Positions 1 through 7,360 of a stretch of 11,288 nucleotides of DNA are shown here, piece by piece (the stretch's first letter is position 1; each line of letters begins with the position of its first letter). The position numbers were made by a program, and so were the translations under genes. Source of the stretch: Candidatus Woesearchaeota archaeon (GTDB lineage Archaea; Nanobdellota; Nanobdellia; SCGC-AAA011-G17; GW2011-AR18). Where the stretch lies: NCBI GenBank assembly GCA_018302765.1, contig JAGVZG010000016.1, positions 1 to 11,288 of the forward strand, given 5' to 3'. Below the pieces are notes generated by a model that made no database searches, was not told the origin of the DNA, and saw only the letters and a program-made list of their open reading frames with translations.

Positions 1-98
1 TAAGCTCTAAAAGTGCTAAAACAATAAAGGCTGAAATATATGGCAGACTAATCTGCCATAACTTGTTAGGTATTGTTCTAGAGACTCAGGACAGAGCC
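1..98 (+). mobile_element. Right end of an IS5-family (IS903-like) insertion sequence, truncated by the window edge
   Basis: The frame from position 3 reads SSKSAKTIKAEIYGRLICHNL...ETQDRA, resembling the C-terminal helix of IS5/IS903-type DDE transposases. It ends in GGACAGAGCC (89-98), reverse complement GGCTCTGTCC, similar to the IS903 terminus GGCTTTGTTG. The catalytic residues and left IR are outside the window. Confidence 0.6.
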
Positions 99-152
99 TC
101 TCTCTATATTTTCTTGATTACTGAAATTATATATTTTTTAGAAAGTGTTTGA
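3..152 (+). CDS. C-terminal fragment of putative DDE transposase reading through the IR to TGA at 150-152
   Basis: Manual translation gives 49 uninterrupted sense codons from 3 to 149, then TGA. Not in the ORF track because it has no start in the window. Confidence 0.55.
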   Translation, partial: SSKSAKTIKAEIYGRLICHNLLGIVLETQDRASLYIFLITEIIYFLESV

Positions 153-187
153 AAATCTTCCGGAAATTTCTGCAGAACTATTTTTAA
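152..187 (+). repeat. Direct repeat copy 1 (AAAATCTTCCGGAAATTTCTGCAGAACTATTTTTAA)
   Basis: 34/36 identical to 853-888, first 23 nt identical. Contains palindromes TTCCGGAA (158-165), GAAATTTC (163-170) and TTCTGCAGAA (168-177). Confidence 0.95.
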
Positions 188-216
188 GAGTTAAAATCAT
201 CAAAAAGTAGCAAGGC

Positions 217-247
217 TTAAATACATATGTGCATACACTATGCATAT
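217..247 (+). promoter_or_regulatory. Putative vapBC promoter: TATA-like TTAAATA plus inverted-repeat operator
   Basis: TTAAATA (217-223) ends 22 nt before ATG246. ATGTGCATA-CAC-TATGCATAT (227-247) is an inverted repeat with 8/9 pairs that overlaps the start codon. Confidence 0.55.
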
Positions 248-476
248 GGTAAAGGTAATAAGTTTATCTGAAGAAGCTTATAGGACATTAAGGCGGATGA
301 AAAAAGTTAATATGAGTTTTAGTGATACAATAATAGAAAATTTTAGCAAATTTGATGAGAAAAAAACAGAAAATTTAAGCGATTTGATTAGTTGGTTAAA
401 TATTTTTCACAAAGTTGCTAAGAAACAAAAAATAAGTAAGAATGCTGATAATATAATTTATGGTGTTAGTAAATGA
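246..476 (+). CDS. vapB: VapB-type antitoxin (DUF217-like), 76 aa
   Basis: N-terminus MVKVISLSEEAYRTLRRMKK..SFSDTI matches the archaeal DUF217 antitoxin pattern (KxIxlsdeaYxxLxxxK..SFSdvI). Overlaps the PIN gene by ATGA. Start moved from 240 to 246 on motif and TATA spacing. Confidence 0.8.
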   Translation: MVKVISLSEEAYRTLRRMKKVNMSFSDTIIENFSKFDEKKTENLSDLISWLNIFHKVAKKQKISKNADNIIYGVSK

Positions 477-853
477 TAGCAGATACTTCATTTTTAGTTG
501 CATTATTTCTGGCAGAAGATGAATTGCATGATAAAGCATTAGGAAACCTAATAAATTATAAACAAGAAAAAATTATTATTCCAGACAGAGTTTTAGAAGA
601 AACTTTTACAGTACTAGTTTATAAAAAAGATATAAACTATGCACTAGAAGTTATAGATAAGCTGGGCAAAAATAATGATATTATACTTTATAGAATTGAA
701 GAAGTTGATTGGACAGCAATTATTCGACTAGTAAATAAAGTTAAAAAGAAATTAAGTTTTGTTGATTATTCAGTTATTTACCTTTGTATTAAAAATGGAG
801 AAAAAGCTTTGTGCTTTGATAATGAAATAAATAAAATTGTCAATAGGTATTAA
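473..853 (+). CDS. vapC: PIN-domain ribonuclease toxin (VapC family)
   Basis: MIADTSFLVAL N-terminal Asp motif, central Glu (VLEETF), LSFVD and CFD acidic motifs. 126 aa, coupled to the upstream antitoxin. Confidence 0.88.
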   Translation: MIADTSFLVALFLAEDELHDKALGNLINYKQEKIIIPDRVLEETFTVLVYKKDINYALEVIDKLGKNNDIILYRIEEVDWTAIIRLVNKVKKKLSFVDYSVIYLCIKNGEKALCFDNEINKIVNRY

Positions 854-888
854 AAATCTTCCGGAAATTTCTGCAAAACTGTTTTTAA
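853..888 (+). repeat. Direct repeat copy 2 (AAAATCTTCCGGAAATTTCTGCAAAACTGTTTTTAA)
   Basis: 34/36 identical to 152-187. Begins at the last base of the vapC TAA. Its TTTTTAAA (882-889) ends 20 nt before ATG910. Confidence 0.95.
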
Positions 889-909
889 ATGTAAAATTAA
901 TTCATTCAT

Positions 910-1338
910 ATGTTTATAAAATTAATAAAAGCATTAATTAAATGGCCATTAGTTACTATATCAATAGTTGGTCTAACATATAGTTATCATGATAAACTGG
1001 AAAGAATTGTTAATGGCATTAGGTTTTATGGAATTAAAGCAGAAGATAGTTTTATAGACAAAAACAAGGCTTTAAGATTAAGAATATATTACAATTTTAA
1101 TGAAGAACAAAATCTTGAGACATATTTATCAGTAAATGATCATCAATTGCCTGTTTATAAAAGAAAAAATAAAATAATTGTAGGCACTGCAGAATATAAT
1201 TTTAATGGCTTTACAGAAAGAGAAAAAACTTATTTATGTTCTGTAAAAGTAAGCAAGAATTTAGAAAAAAGAATGAGTAATAAACAAAGTAAAAATGCAA
1301 ATTTTTTCTCAGAACTTTATGACCTAGTAGCTGATTAG
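910..1338 (+). CDS. Hypothetical protein with N-terminal membrane anchor or signal segment
   Basis: 142-aa ORF with hydrophobic WPLVTISIVGLTYSY near the N-terminus and a TATA-like box 20 nt upstream. No recognised family. Confidence 0.65.
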   Translation: MFIKLIKALIKWPLVTISIVGLTYSYHDKLERIVNGIRFYGIKAEDSFIDKNKALRLRIYYNFNEEQNLETYLSVNDHQLPVYKRKNKIIVGTAEYNFNGFTEREKTYLCSVKVSKNLEKRMSNKQSKNANFFSELYDLVAD

Positions 1339-1362
1339 AAAATCTTTCAAGTTTTCTGTAAA
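1339..1362 (+). repeat. Degenerate third copy of the intergenic motif
   Basis: AAAATCTTTCAAGTTTTCTGTAAA directly after TAG1336-1338. Shares AAAATCTT and TTTCTGyA with copies 1 and 2 and needs one gap to align. Confidence 0.45.
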
Positions 1363-1415
1363 TTTTTCAGTTATTTCTGCGCTTTTATTTTAAATTTTGA
1401 AATTAATATACAATT

Positions 1416-2330
1416 ATGCAAAATCTTAGTCTTGATTCATTTGTAACAAAAGACTGGTTGAAACAACAATTTGCTTTAGAATCAAAAGAACAATTCTATA
1501 AAAGAGTTTATCAGGATTTTGATAATTTAAATCTAAACAAAAAACCATTTGATGCAACGCAAGATATTATAGAAAATACTTGGGAATTAGTGTGTTCTCA
1601 TCCTGTTGGAGGTATTGGCAGGGCACACGCAATATATGGATGGATGATTCAGAATTTTTATTATGATAACAACATATCATATTATTATAGCGCGAGTGAA
1701 ACATTTTATTCTAAAAATGGAAGATGCTGTGACTTTAGTTTTTTATATACAACAATGTCAAGAATAGCAGGCGTAGATTCTAATTTTGTTTGGGTAGATG
1801 ATGACAATAATGGAAAAAAGTGCAATCATGGCTGCTCAAGTATAAAAATAGACAATAATTTAATATTAGTTGATGTTGCATACAAAGAATTTGATATTAG
1901 ACACAGAAGATTTGAAATATATAATGATAGCAAAACTATTGAACATTATAACCAACATTCTTTTATAAATAATGCAAGCAATTGGTCATACAAAAAAAAT
2001 CATAGAAATAGATCCAGTATATTAAGTCCTGCATTTCTTTCTGGTTTAACAACTTTATTAATATATTTGGGCACAACTTTTGGAAGTTCAGTTAAATATG
2101 AATTATCAAGATATAAAGATGAACTCTCTTCTTTTATTAATTATGAAGAAGAATCTGAAATTGAAAGAAATGTACAATTAGAAGTAGAAAAAAGATTTCA
2201 AATTATGTTGGGTTTTCTTGTTAAGGAATTTCCTAACAACATTTTAATCAGAAATGCAAAATATCCAGATGATTATTATTTAGTATCAGATACATACACA
2301 AAGTATATAGATGAACATTCGTCAGAATAA
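1416..2330 (+). CDS. Transglutaminase-like (cysteine protease fold) domain protein with a downstream hydrophobic helix
   Basis: GRCCDFSFLYTTMSRIAGV (GxCxD...R.xG catalytic Cys motif), CNHGCS (His) and LVDVAY (Asp) give a complete Cys-His-Asp triad. ILSPAFLSGLTTLLIYLGTTFG is a likely TM segment. Confidence 0.82.
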   Translation: MQNLSLDSFVTKDWLKQQFALESKEQFYKRVYQDFDNLNLNKKPFDATQDIIENTWELVCSHPVGGIGRAHAIYGWMIQNFYYDNNISYYYSASETFYSKNGRCCDFSFLYTTMSRIAGVDSNFVWVDDDNNGKKCNHGCSSIKIDNNLILVDVAYKEFDIRHRRFEIYNDSKTIEHYNQHSFINNASNWSYKKNHRNRSSILSPAFLSGLTTLLIYLGTTFGSSVKYELSRYKDELSSFINYEEESEIERNVQLEVEKRFQIMLGFLVKEFPNNILIRNAKYPDDYYLVSDTYTKYIDEHSSE

Positions 2331-2972
2331 AGACATTAATTTTCTGAATTTTATATCTTCAGCAGAATTAAAAACCAATTTTGCAGTTTTTAATTTTGAT
2401 TTAGGCAAAGAATTAGAAATTGCTATAACTTTGGTTTTTGCTTTTTGAGCAGCTTTTATTCCAGCAATAGAATCTTCTATCACTATACAATCTTCAGGCT
2501 TAACTTTCAATTTTTTAATTGCTATGTTGAATATTTCTGGATCTGGTTTGAATTTTGTGATGTCGTTCCTAGTTACAATCACATTAAATAGTTTAATATT
2601 TAATTTAGTTAATTTGCAATTAAGTTTTACAGATTTTATAGAAGATGATGTTGCTAGAGCAGTTTTTACCTTGTTTTTTCTTAGTTCTTTTATTAATTTT
2701 ATTATTCCTGGAAAAACTCTTAACTTATTTTTTGCCAATTCTACGAAATATTTTTTTCTTTTTTTAATTAAAATTTCTATGTCTTCATTAACCTTCTTTT
2801 TCTTAGCTATACTTTCAACATAATTTCTTACACCTGTTCCTAAATAAAGTATAATTTCTTTATATTTTATATATTTACCATATTTTTTAAGTAATTTTTT
2901 TGTTGCTTCGAAACCTATTGGTTCTGTATCAAATACAATTCCATCCATGTCAAAAATTACTGCTTTGGTCAT
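2322..2972 (-). CDS. HAD-family phosphatase (beta-phosphoglucomutase/CbbY-like, subfamily IA)
   Basis: Motif I FDMDG, motif II ATSS, motif III KPDP, motif IV EDSIAGI. Confidence 0.92.
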   Translation of the reverse strand: MTKAVIFDMDGIVFDTEPIGFEATKKLLKKYGKYIKYKEIILYLGTGVRNYVESIAKKKKVNEDIEILIKKRKKYFVELAKNKLRVFPGIIKLIKELRKNKVKTALATSSSIKSVKLNCKLTKLNIKLFNVIVTRNDITKFKPDPEIFNIAIKKLKVKPEDCIVIEDSIAGIKAAQKAKTKVIAISNSLPKSKLKTAKLVFNSAEDIKFRKLMSLF

Positions 2973-3120
2973 TTTTGGTAATATCCTATAAATAAACCTT
3001 AATTTAATAGTTATATTTTTTATGTATTATAAGTCTATCTAATTATTAAGAAAAATATTCTTGAAAATTTTACGGTAAATTTAACTAAACATATATAAAA
3101 TATAAAATTAAATATAAACA

Positions 3121-3276
3121 ATGGTAAATATAAAAGAACTTAATGAATATATTAAAACATTAAAAAGAGATGTTATAGTTCTCCAGTATTTATTATATGA
3201 AAAATGTTGTCAAGAATTAAAAGAATTTGATGAATTAGAATATTATGAAAAATTTATTAAAAGCCATGAAAATTAA
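3121..3276 (+). CDS. Small hypothetical protein, 51 aa (MVNIKELNEYIKTLKRDVIVLQYLLYEKCCQELKEFDELEYYEKFIKSHEN), absent from the ORF track
   Basis: Manual translation from ATG3121 to TAA3276. TATA-like ATATATAAAA (3091-3100) ends 20 nt upstream. Fills the gap between HAD and elp3 without overlap. Confidence 0.6.
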   Translation: MVNIKELNEYIKTLKRDVIVLQYLLYEKCCQELKEFDELEYYEKFIKSHEN

Positions 3277-3280
3277 TAAA

Positions 3281-4951
3281 TTACAATTTCTTGCTCATAT
3301 AAGAACCTTCTCTAGAATAACCAAGTTTTTTATAATATTCTCTAACTCCAATTCCAGAAATAACTAATATCTTATGACATTTCCATTCTTCTTTAGCAAT
3401 TCTTTCAGCTTCTTCCATTAATTTTTTCCCATAACCTTTATGCTGCACAAGCCCTTTTTCTCCTAAAGGTATTGCCTGACCATAAACATGAAGCTCTCTG
3501 ACGCCAGCAGAATCTGATGTTATCTCTGGCCTAAATGGCTTGTAAGGTTTTCTTAATCTGCAAAATCCCAATAAAATATCTTTTTTTGTATCTTCAATGC
3601 TTATGAAAACCTCCTTTCCACCACTTGAATCATAATAAAATTTTTTTAGTTCAACATGGTTATAATCTATTTCTTTTCCCATAGGTTCTCTGCATCTTAT
3701 GCATCTGCATTTTATCCCTTTTTTAATGATTTTATTTTCAACAATTTGCCTTAAATTTGTGTTCATTACTCCATCTTTAATTACTGTTGATGGTATATCT
3801 CTATTTATTCTCATTATCCTGCAGTATTCAGGAACAAACCTTTTACCTTCACTTATTATATCAGCAGCCTCTTCAGTTGTAAGTGGTTTAAATTCTCCTT
3901 TTTGATATTGTAAAAACAAAGGAGTTCCAGGCATAACCAAGCAAGGATAAACCTTTAATGAGTCAGGCTTATAATTTGAATTGTCAAATAACTCTTTAAA
4001 CATCAAAATGTCTTCCTCATGCGTAGACTCAGGCAAGCCAGGCATGATATGAAATGTGGTTTTCAGAAATGAATCTTTTAACAATTGAATTGCTTCTTTT
4101 GTATCTTTCAATGTATGGCCTCTATTTGTGATTTTTAGAATTTTATCTTTTAAAGTCTGAACACCAAGCTCAACTCTGGTTGTTCCCAGTTTTAAAATTT
4201 CATTTATTTCATTTTGTTTGCACCAGTCAGGTTTTGTTTCTATGACTAGCGCAGTGCTTCTTACTTTTGCTGTTTCATTTCTTAACTGCTCTTTTTCCAA
4301 ATCAGCTTTTCCTTTTATCTTCAATAGCTTTTCATGTATTCTGCATATTCTTTCTGCATCCTTTATTGTTCCTGGCAACTCAAAAAATTCCTTAAATTTG
4401 CTGAAATTAAAATTCTTATTTTTAAAAAATATTTCAGAGAAATCATTCATTGCCTTTAATGTATACTTAATAACTTCCTCTTGGTATTCTTCTGGGAAAC
4501 TACAAAAAGTTCCGCCTTGAATTATAACTTCGGTTTTATCAGGTATATGATTTAACAAAATGTATTGCTCTAATCTATTAAAAACTATTAGGTATGGATC
4601 GTAATTTGCCCTTATGGCTCTCATTGTACTTGGTTCATTTCCCGTATAACTTTGTGGAACATCTCCAAAAATAGATTTTGGCCCGCCAGGACAAAAAGTG
4701 CATTTTCCATGTTTACAAGCTAAGGGTTTTGTCATTATAGCTAATGGTGCAACACCAGACATAGTTCTTACAGGTTTAGTAACCAGAAATTTTTTATAAA
4801 ATTCTTTTTGTTCGTCATTTAACTCTTCAAGAATTTCTATATTTGTAGGTAATTTTTCTAGTTTGTATTTCTTGCATAGATTTTTTTTAAGATTTTCTAA
4901 TTTATTTCCGGCTTTCAAACCAATTAATAACTCTTGCAATATTTCTTTCAT
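3281..4951 (-). CDS. elp3: Elp3 tRNA uridine(34) acetyltransferase (radical SAM + KAT)
   Basis: CKHGKCTFC (Cx4Cx2C) cluster motif, QSYTG, ETKPDWC, RVELGVQT, RELHVYG and QHKGYGKKL acetyl-CoA motif, ISGIGVREYY. Confidence 0.97.
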   Translation of the reverse strand: MKEILQELLIGLKAGNKLENLKKNLCKKYKLEKLPTNIEILEELNDEQKEFYKKFLVTKPVRTMSGVAPLAIMTKPLACKHGKCTFCPGGPKSIFGDVPQSYTGNEPSTMRAIRANYDPYLIVFNRLEQYILLNHIPDKTEVIIQGGTFCSFPEEYQEEVIKYTLKAMNDFSEIFFKNKNFNFSKFKEFFELPGTIKDAERICRIHEKLLKIKGKADLEKEQLRNETAKVRSTALVIETKPDWCKQNEINEILKLGTTRVELGVQTLKDKILKITNRGHTLKDTKEAIQLLKDSFLKTTFHIMPGLPESTHEEDILMFKELFDNSNYKPDSLKVYPCLVMPGTPLFLQYQKGEFKPLTTEEAADIISEGKRFVPEYCRIMRINRDIPSTVIKDGVMNTNLRQIVENKIIKKGIKCRCIRCREPMGKEIDYNHVELKKFYYDSSGGKEVFISIEDTKKDILLGFCRLRKPYKPFRPEITSDSAGVRELHVYGQAIPLGEKGLVQHKGYGKKLMEEAERIAKEEWKCHKILVISGIGVREYYKKLGYSREGSYMSKKL

Positions 4952-4972
4952 ACTTATTTAATAACAGCAAGT

Positions 4973-5006
4973 TATTTAAACATTGATCTTGCATAATTTT
5001 TATAAA
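4973..5006. promoter_or_regulatory. Divergent TATA-like boxes for elp3 and the 163-aa gene
   Basis: TTTAAATA on the minus strand (4973-4980) and TTTATAAA on the plus strand (4999-5006), each ending 21 nt from its ATG. Confidence 0.5.
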
Positions 5007-5027
5007 CATTAAATTACTTCAAATAAA

Positions 5028-5519
5028 ATGGCAAAAAAAGCTTTAATATTTTTGTTTATATTATCTTTATTAATAATACCAAAATTAGGTTTTGCACAAG
5101 TTGTAAACATACCGTTTCTTGAACATAGTTGTTATACTAAATATCAAGACAAAAATTTAAACATATCTTTCACTCTTGAAAGTCCAAACAACCCAATAAA
5201 TACAACAGCCATGGATATGCAAGATCCAACAGTAAAACATATTGCAATAAGATCTTTTTCTGATATGTGCAGGTATAGTGAAAGCCCAAAAAACTGTTAT
5301 GATTGTATTGTATTAAAAAAATACGGTGTAAATGTTAGTAAGACAAATACAGAAGATACTTCAAAAGACAAGCAATTCTCTAACGCTGAATTGATATTAT
5401 TTACAATTGGTGCATTGCTTATTATTTTAATTGTTTATTCCTTAGTTACTAAAAAGAAAGATTTAAGATCTAAAAAGAACCAGAGTAAGACAAATGGAAG
5501 AAACAAAAGAGGAAGATAA
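5028..5519 (+). CDS. Hypothetical secreted or type I membrane protein
   Basis: Signal-peptide-like MAKKALIFLFILSLLIIPKLGFA, four Cys in the middle region, C-terminal TM (LILFTIGALLIILIVYSLV) followed by a basic tail. Confidence 0.75.
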   Translation: MAKKALIFLFILSLLIIPKLGFAQVVNIPFLEHSCYTKYQDKNLNISFTLESPNNPINTTAMDMQDPTVKHIAIRSFSDMCRYSESPKNCYDCIVLKKYGVNVSKTNTEDTSKDKQFSNAELILFTIGALLIILIVYSLVTKKKDLRSKKNQSKTNGRNKRGR

Positions 5520-6519
5520 ATCAAAAACACTGAAAAATATAGGATTTGCTTGGATTATTTTTATTGCAACAATAATTATTATAGTCTTGACTTTTATGTT
5601 TACACCACTCTGGATAGCATCAATATTATTCTTAATAATATATCTTCCTGTTTTAATATTCATATTAATTCTTAAGTGGATAAAAAGAGGCTTTGCTTCA
5701 GTGGTATTCACTTTTTCTGTGTGGCTTAATGTTATTATTTTAATAATACCAATATTTGGAGGCTTACTAGTTCTAGATTTAATGAGTTTTTCACAACAGT
5801 TCTCTTCAAGTCCGAAATATATTGTTTTAGACGATGCTAATAGCTTGATTTTTGGCATTAATTTAGAATCTCAGAGCAGTTCAGGAGATTTGATTAGTGG
5901 ATATCAGATTTTGACGCAACAACAGCTTAACAATATACAAAATGAAATAAACCAAAATAATATCAAAGACAAAGTAGTGTTTTTGATTAAAAAAGATGTA
6001 TTTAGAAATATTAATGAAATACCTGTAAAAGAATTAAGCACTACTATATCAAAAGACACAATATTCGAGCTAATAAAATCAGATGATCCAGCAAAAATAA
6101 TTGCTGAATCTGTAATGAAAGATAGTACACAAGGTTTGACAGATGGCTTAATTAAAGAAGAATTAAGAAAACAATTTGGCAATACAGATCAAGTTAAATC
6201 TTTAGCAGTTTTACTGCTGGTTGAGACAGCACTAGAAAGAGAAGGCCCAAAATATTTTATAGATGAATTAAAAAGTGGAAACATAAAGATTTATCCAGAG
6301 AAACTTTCAGTTAAAATACTGATAAATCTTTTGCCAGCAGATCTAGTGACAAGTTTCCTACCAACAATACCTAGGATATCAGATAAGGGAAGCCAGGGAT
6401 CTAATTCTGGAGCAGGTTTTTTACAAGGCCAGTTTGGCAGTAATTCCAAAGGAACAAGACCTGTAGAATATGAAAATTCTCCAAAATCAGGTGATTCATC
6501 GAAAGAAATAAGCAAGTAA
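5494..6519 (+). CDS. Hypothetical membrane protein (about 3 N-terminal TM helices, soluble domain, Ser/Gly-rich tail)
   Basis: 341-aa ORF with hydrophobic stretches over about aa 16-96 and a 26-nt overlap with the upstream gene. Confidence 0.8.
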   Translation: MEETKEEDKSKTLKNIGFAWIIFIATIIIIVLTFMFTPLWIASILFLIIYLPVLIFILILKWIKRGFASVVFTFSVWLNVIILIIPIFGGLLVLDLMSFSQQFSSSPKYIVLDDANSLIFGINLESQSSSGDLISGYQILTQQQLNNIQNEINQNNIKDKVVFLIKKDVFRNINEIPVKELSTTISKDTIFELIKSDDPAKIIAESVMKDSTQGLTDGLIKEELRKQFGNTDQVKSLAVLLLVETALEREGPKYFIDELKSGNIKIYPEKLSVKILINLLPADLVTSFLPTIPRISDKGSQGSNSGAGFLQGQFGSNSKGTRPVEYENSPKSGDSSKEISK

Positions 6520-6520
6520 A

Positions 6521-7360
6521 TTACCTGCTCAAAACAGTTTTCAATGCTTTTATAGCAACTTCAACTTGTTTTCCTGTAGGATTTTTAGTTGTTATTTTCT
6601 GTATCCACAACCCAGGATAAGAGAAAAATTTAAATGCCTTGTACCTAGCGCCCAATCTTAAGGCTTCATAACTCAAGCTGGCAACTACAGGCAACAATAA
6701 TATTCTTAACAATAACTTTAAGGAAAAACTATAATCTTTAGGAATAAAAGTATAAACAATAATACTGATAAATAAAACTAAAAATATGAAACTTGTACCG
6801 CATCTAATATGCTCTTTTTCAAATTTCTGAACATGCTCTACACTTAATTTTTTATTATATTCATGACATGCAACAGCTTTGTGTTCAGCGCCATGATACT
6901 GAAAAACTCTATGGACATCTTTCATAAAAGATATTGCATAAACATATAGCACAAATAATAATATCTTAAATAAACCGTCTAAAACATTAAACAATATATT
7001 ATTGAAATGAAAACTTTTGTCCAGTATATAAACAAACAACAAGGGTAAAAATTTAAATAATGCAACAGCAAAAATAATAGCAAATAATAAACTAAATAAT
7101 AATCCAACAGTACTTACATTTTCTTCCTTGCCAGCAGCAACATTGGCAGAATAATTTAATGATTTTATACCTATATATAATATAATAAATAAATTAACTA
7201 CTCCTCTGATAAAAGGAATGTTACTATCTTTATATTTTATATTTTCCTTTTTAACAGTAATCTTACCATTTTTCTCTCTAACGGCAATAGCTATCCTATC
7301 TTTATATTTCATCATAACGCCTTCTATTAGTGCTTGTCCGCCAACGTAATACTTTACCAT
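6521..7360 (-). CDS. DUF1385 family membrane protein (predicted metal-dependent enzyme)
   Basis: GGQALIEGVMM, RGVVNL, FQYHGAEHK, RCGTSF and WIQKITTKNP are the characteristic DUF1385 motifs. Confidence 0.9.
   Translation of the reverse strand: MVKYYVGGQALIEGVMMKYKDRIAIAVREKNGKITVKKENIKYKDSNIPFIRGVVNLFIILYIGIKSLNYSANVAAGKEENVSTVGLLFSLLFAIIFAVALFKFLPLLFVYILDKSFHFNNILFNVLDGLFKILLFVLYVYAISFMKDVHRVFQYHGAEHKAVACHEYNKKLSVEHVQKFEKEHIRCGTSFIFLVLFISIIVYTFIPKDYSFSLKLLLRILLLPVVASLSYEALRLGARYKAFKFFSYPGLWIQKITTKNPTGKQVEVAIKALKTVLSR

Noticed and set aside
240-245. ATG240 as the vapB start
   Set aside because: Family alignment starts at MVK and the TATA spacing fits ATG246.
152-888. Repeat pair as a CRISPR array, integron attC or dif site
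   Set aside because: Only two good copies, 701 nt apart with genes between them, and no cas genes. No RYYYAAC/GTTRRRY boxes and no 11-6-11 inverted-arm structure.
2524-2823. 99-aa plus-strand ORF
   Set aside because: Antisense shadow fully inside the motif-complete HAD gene; its hydrophobicity reflects reversed Lys/Glu codons.
3699-4520. 68-aa and 100-aa plus-strand ORFs
   Set aside because: Antisense shadows within elp3 with no motifs.
5463-6515. 131-, 92- and 74-aa minus-strand ORFs
   Set aside because: Antisense to the 341-aa membrane protein with no independent support.
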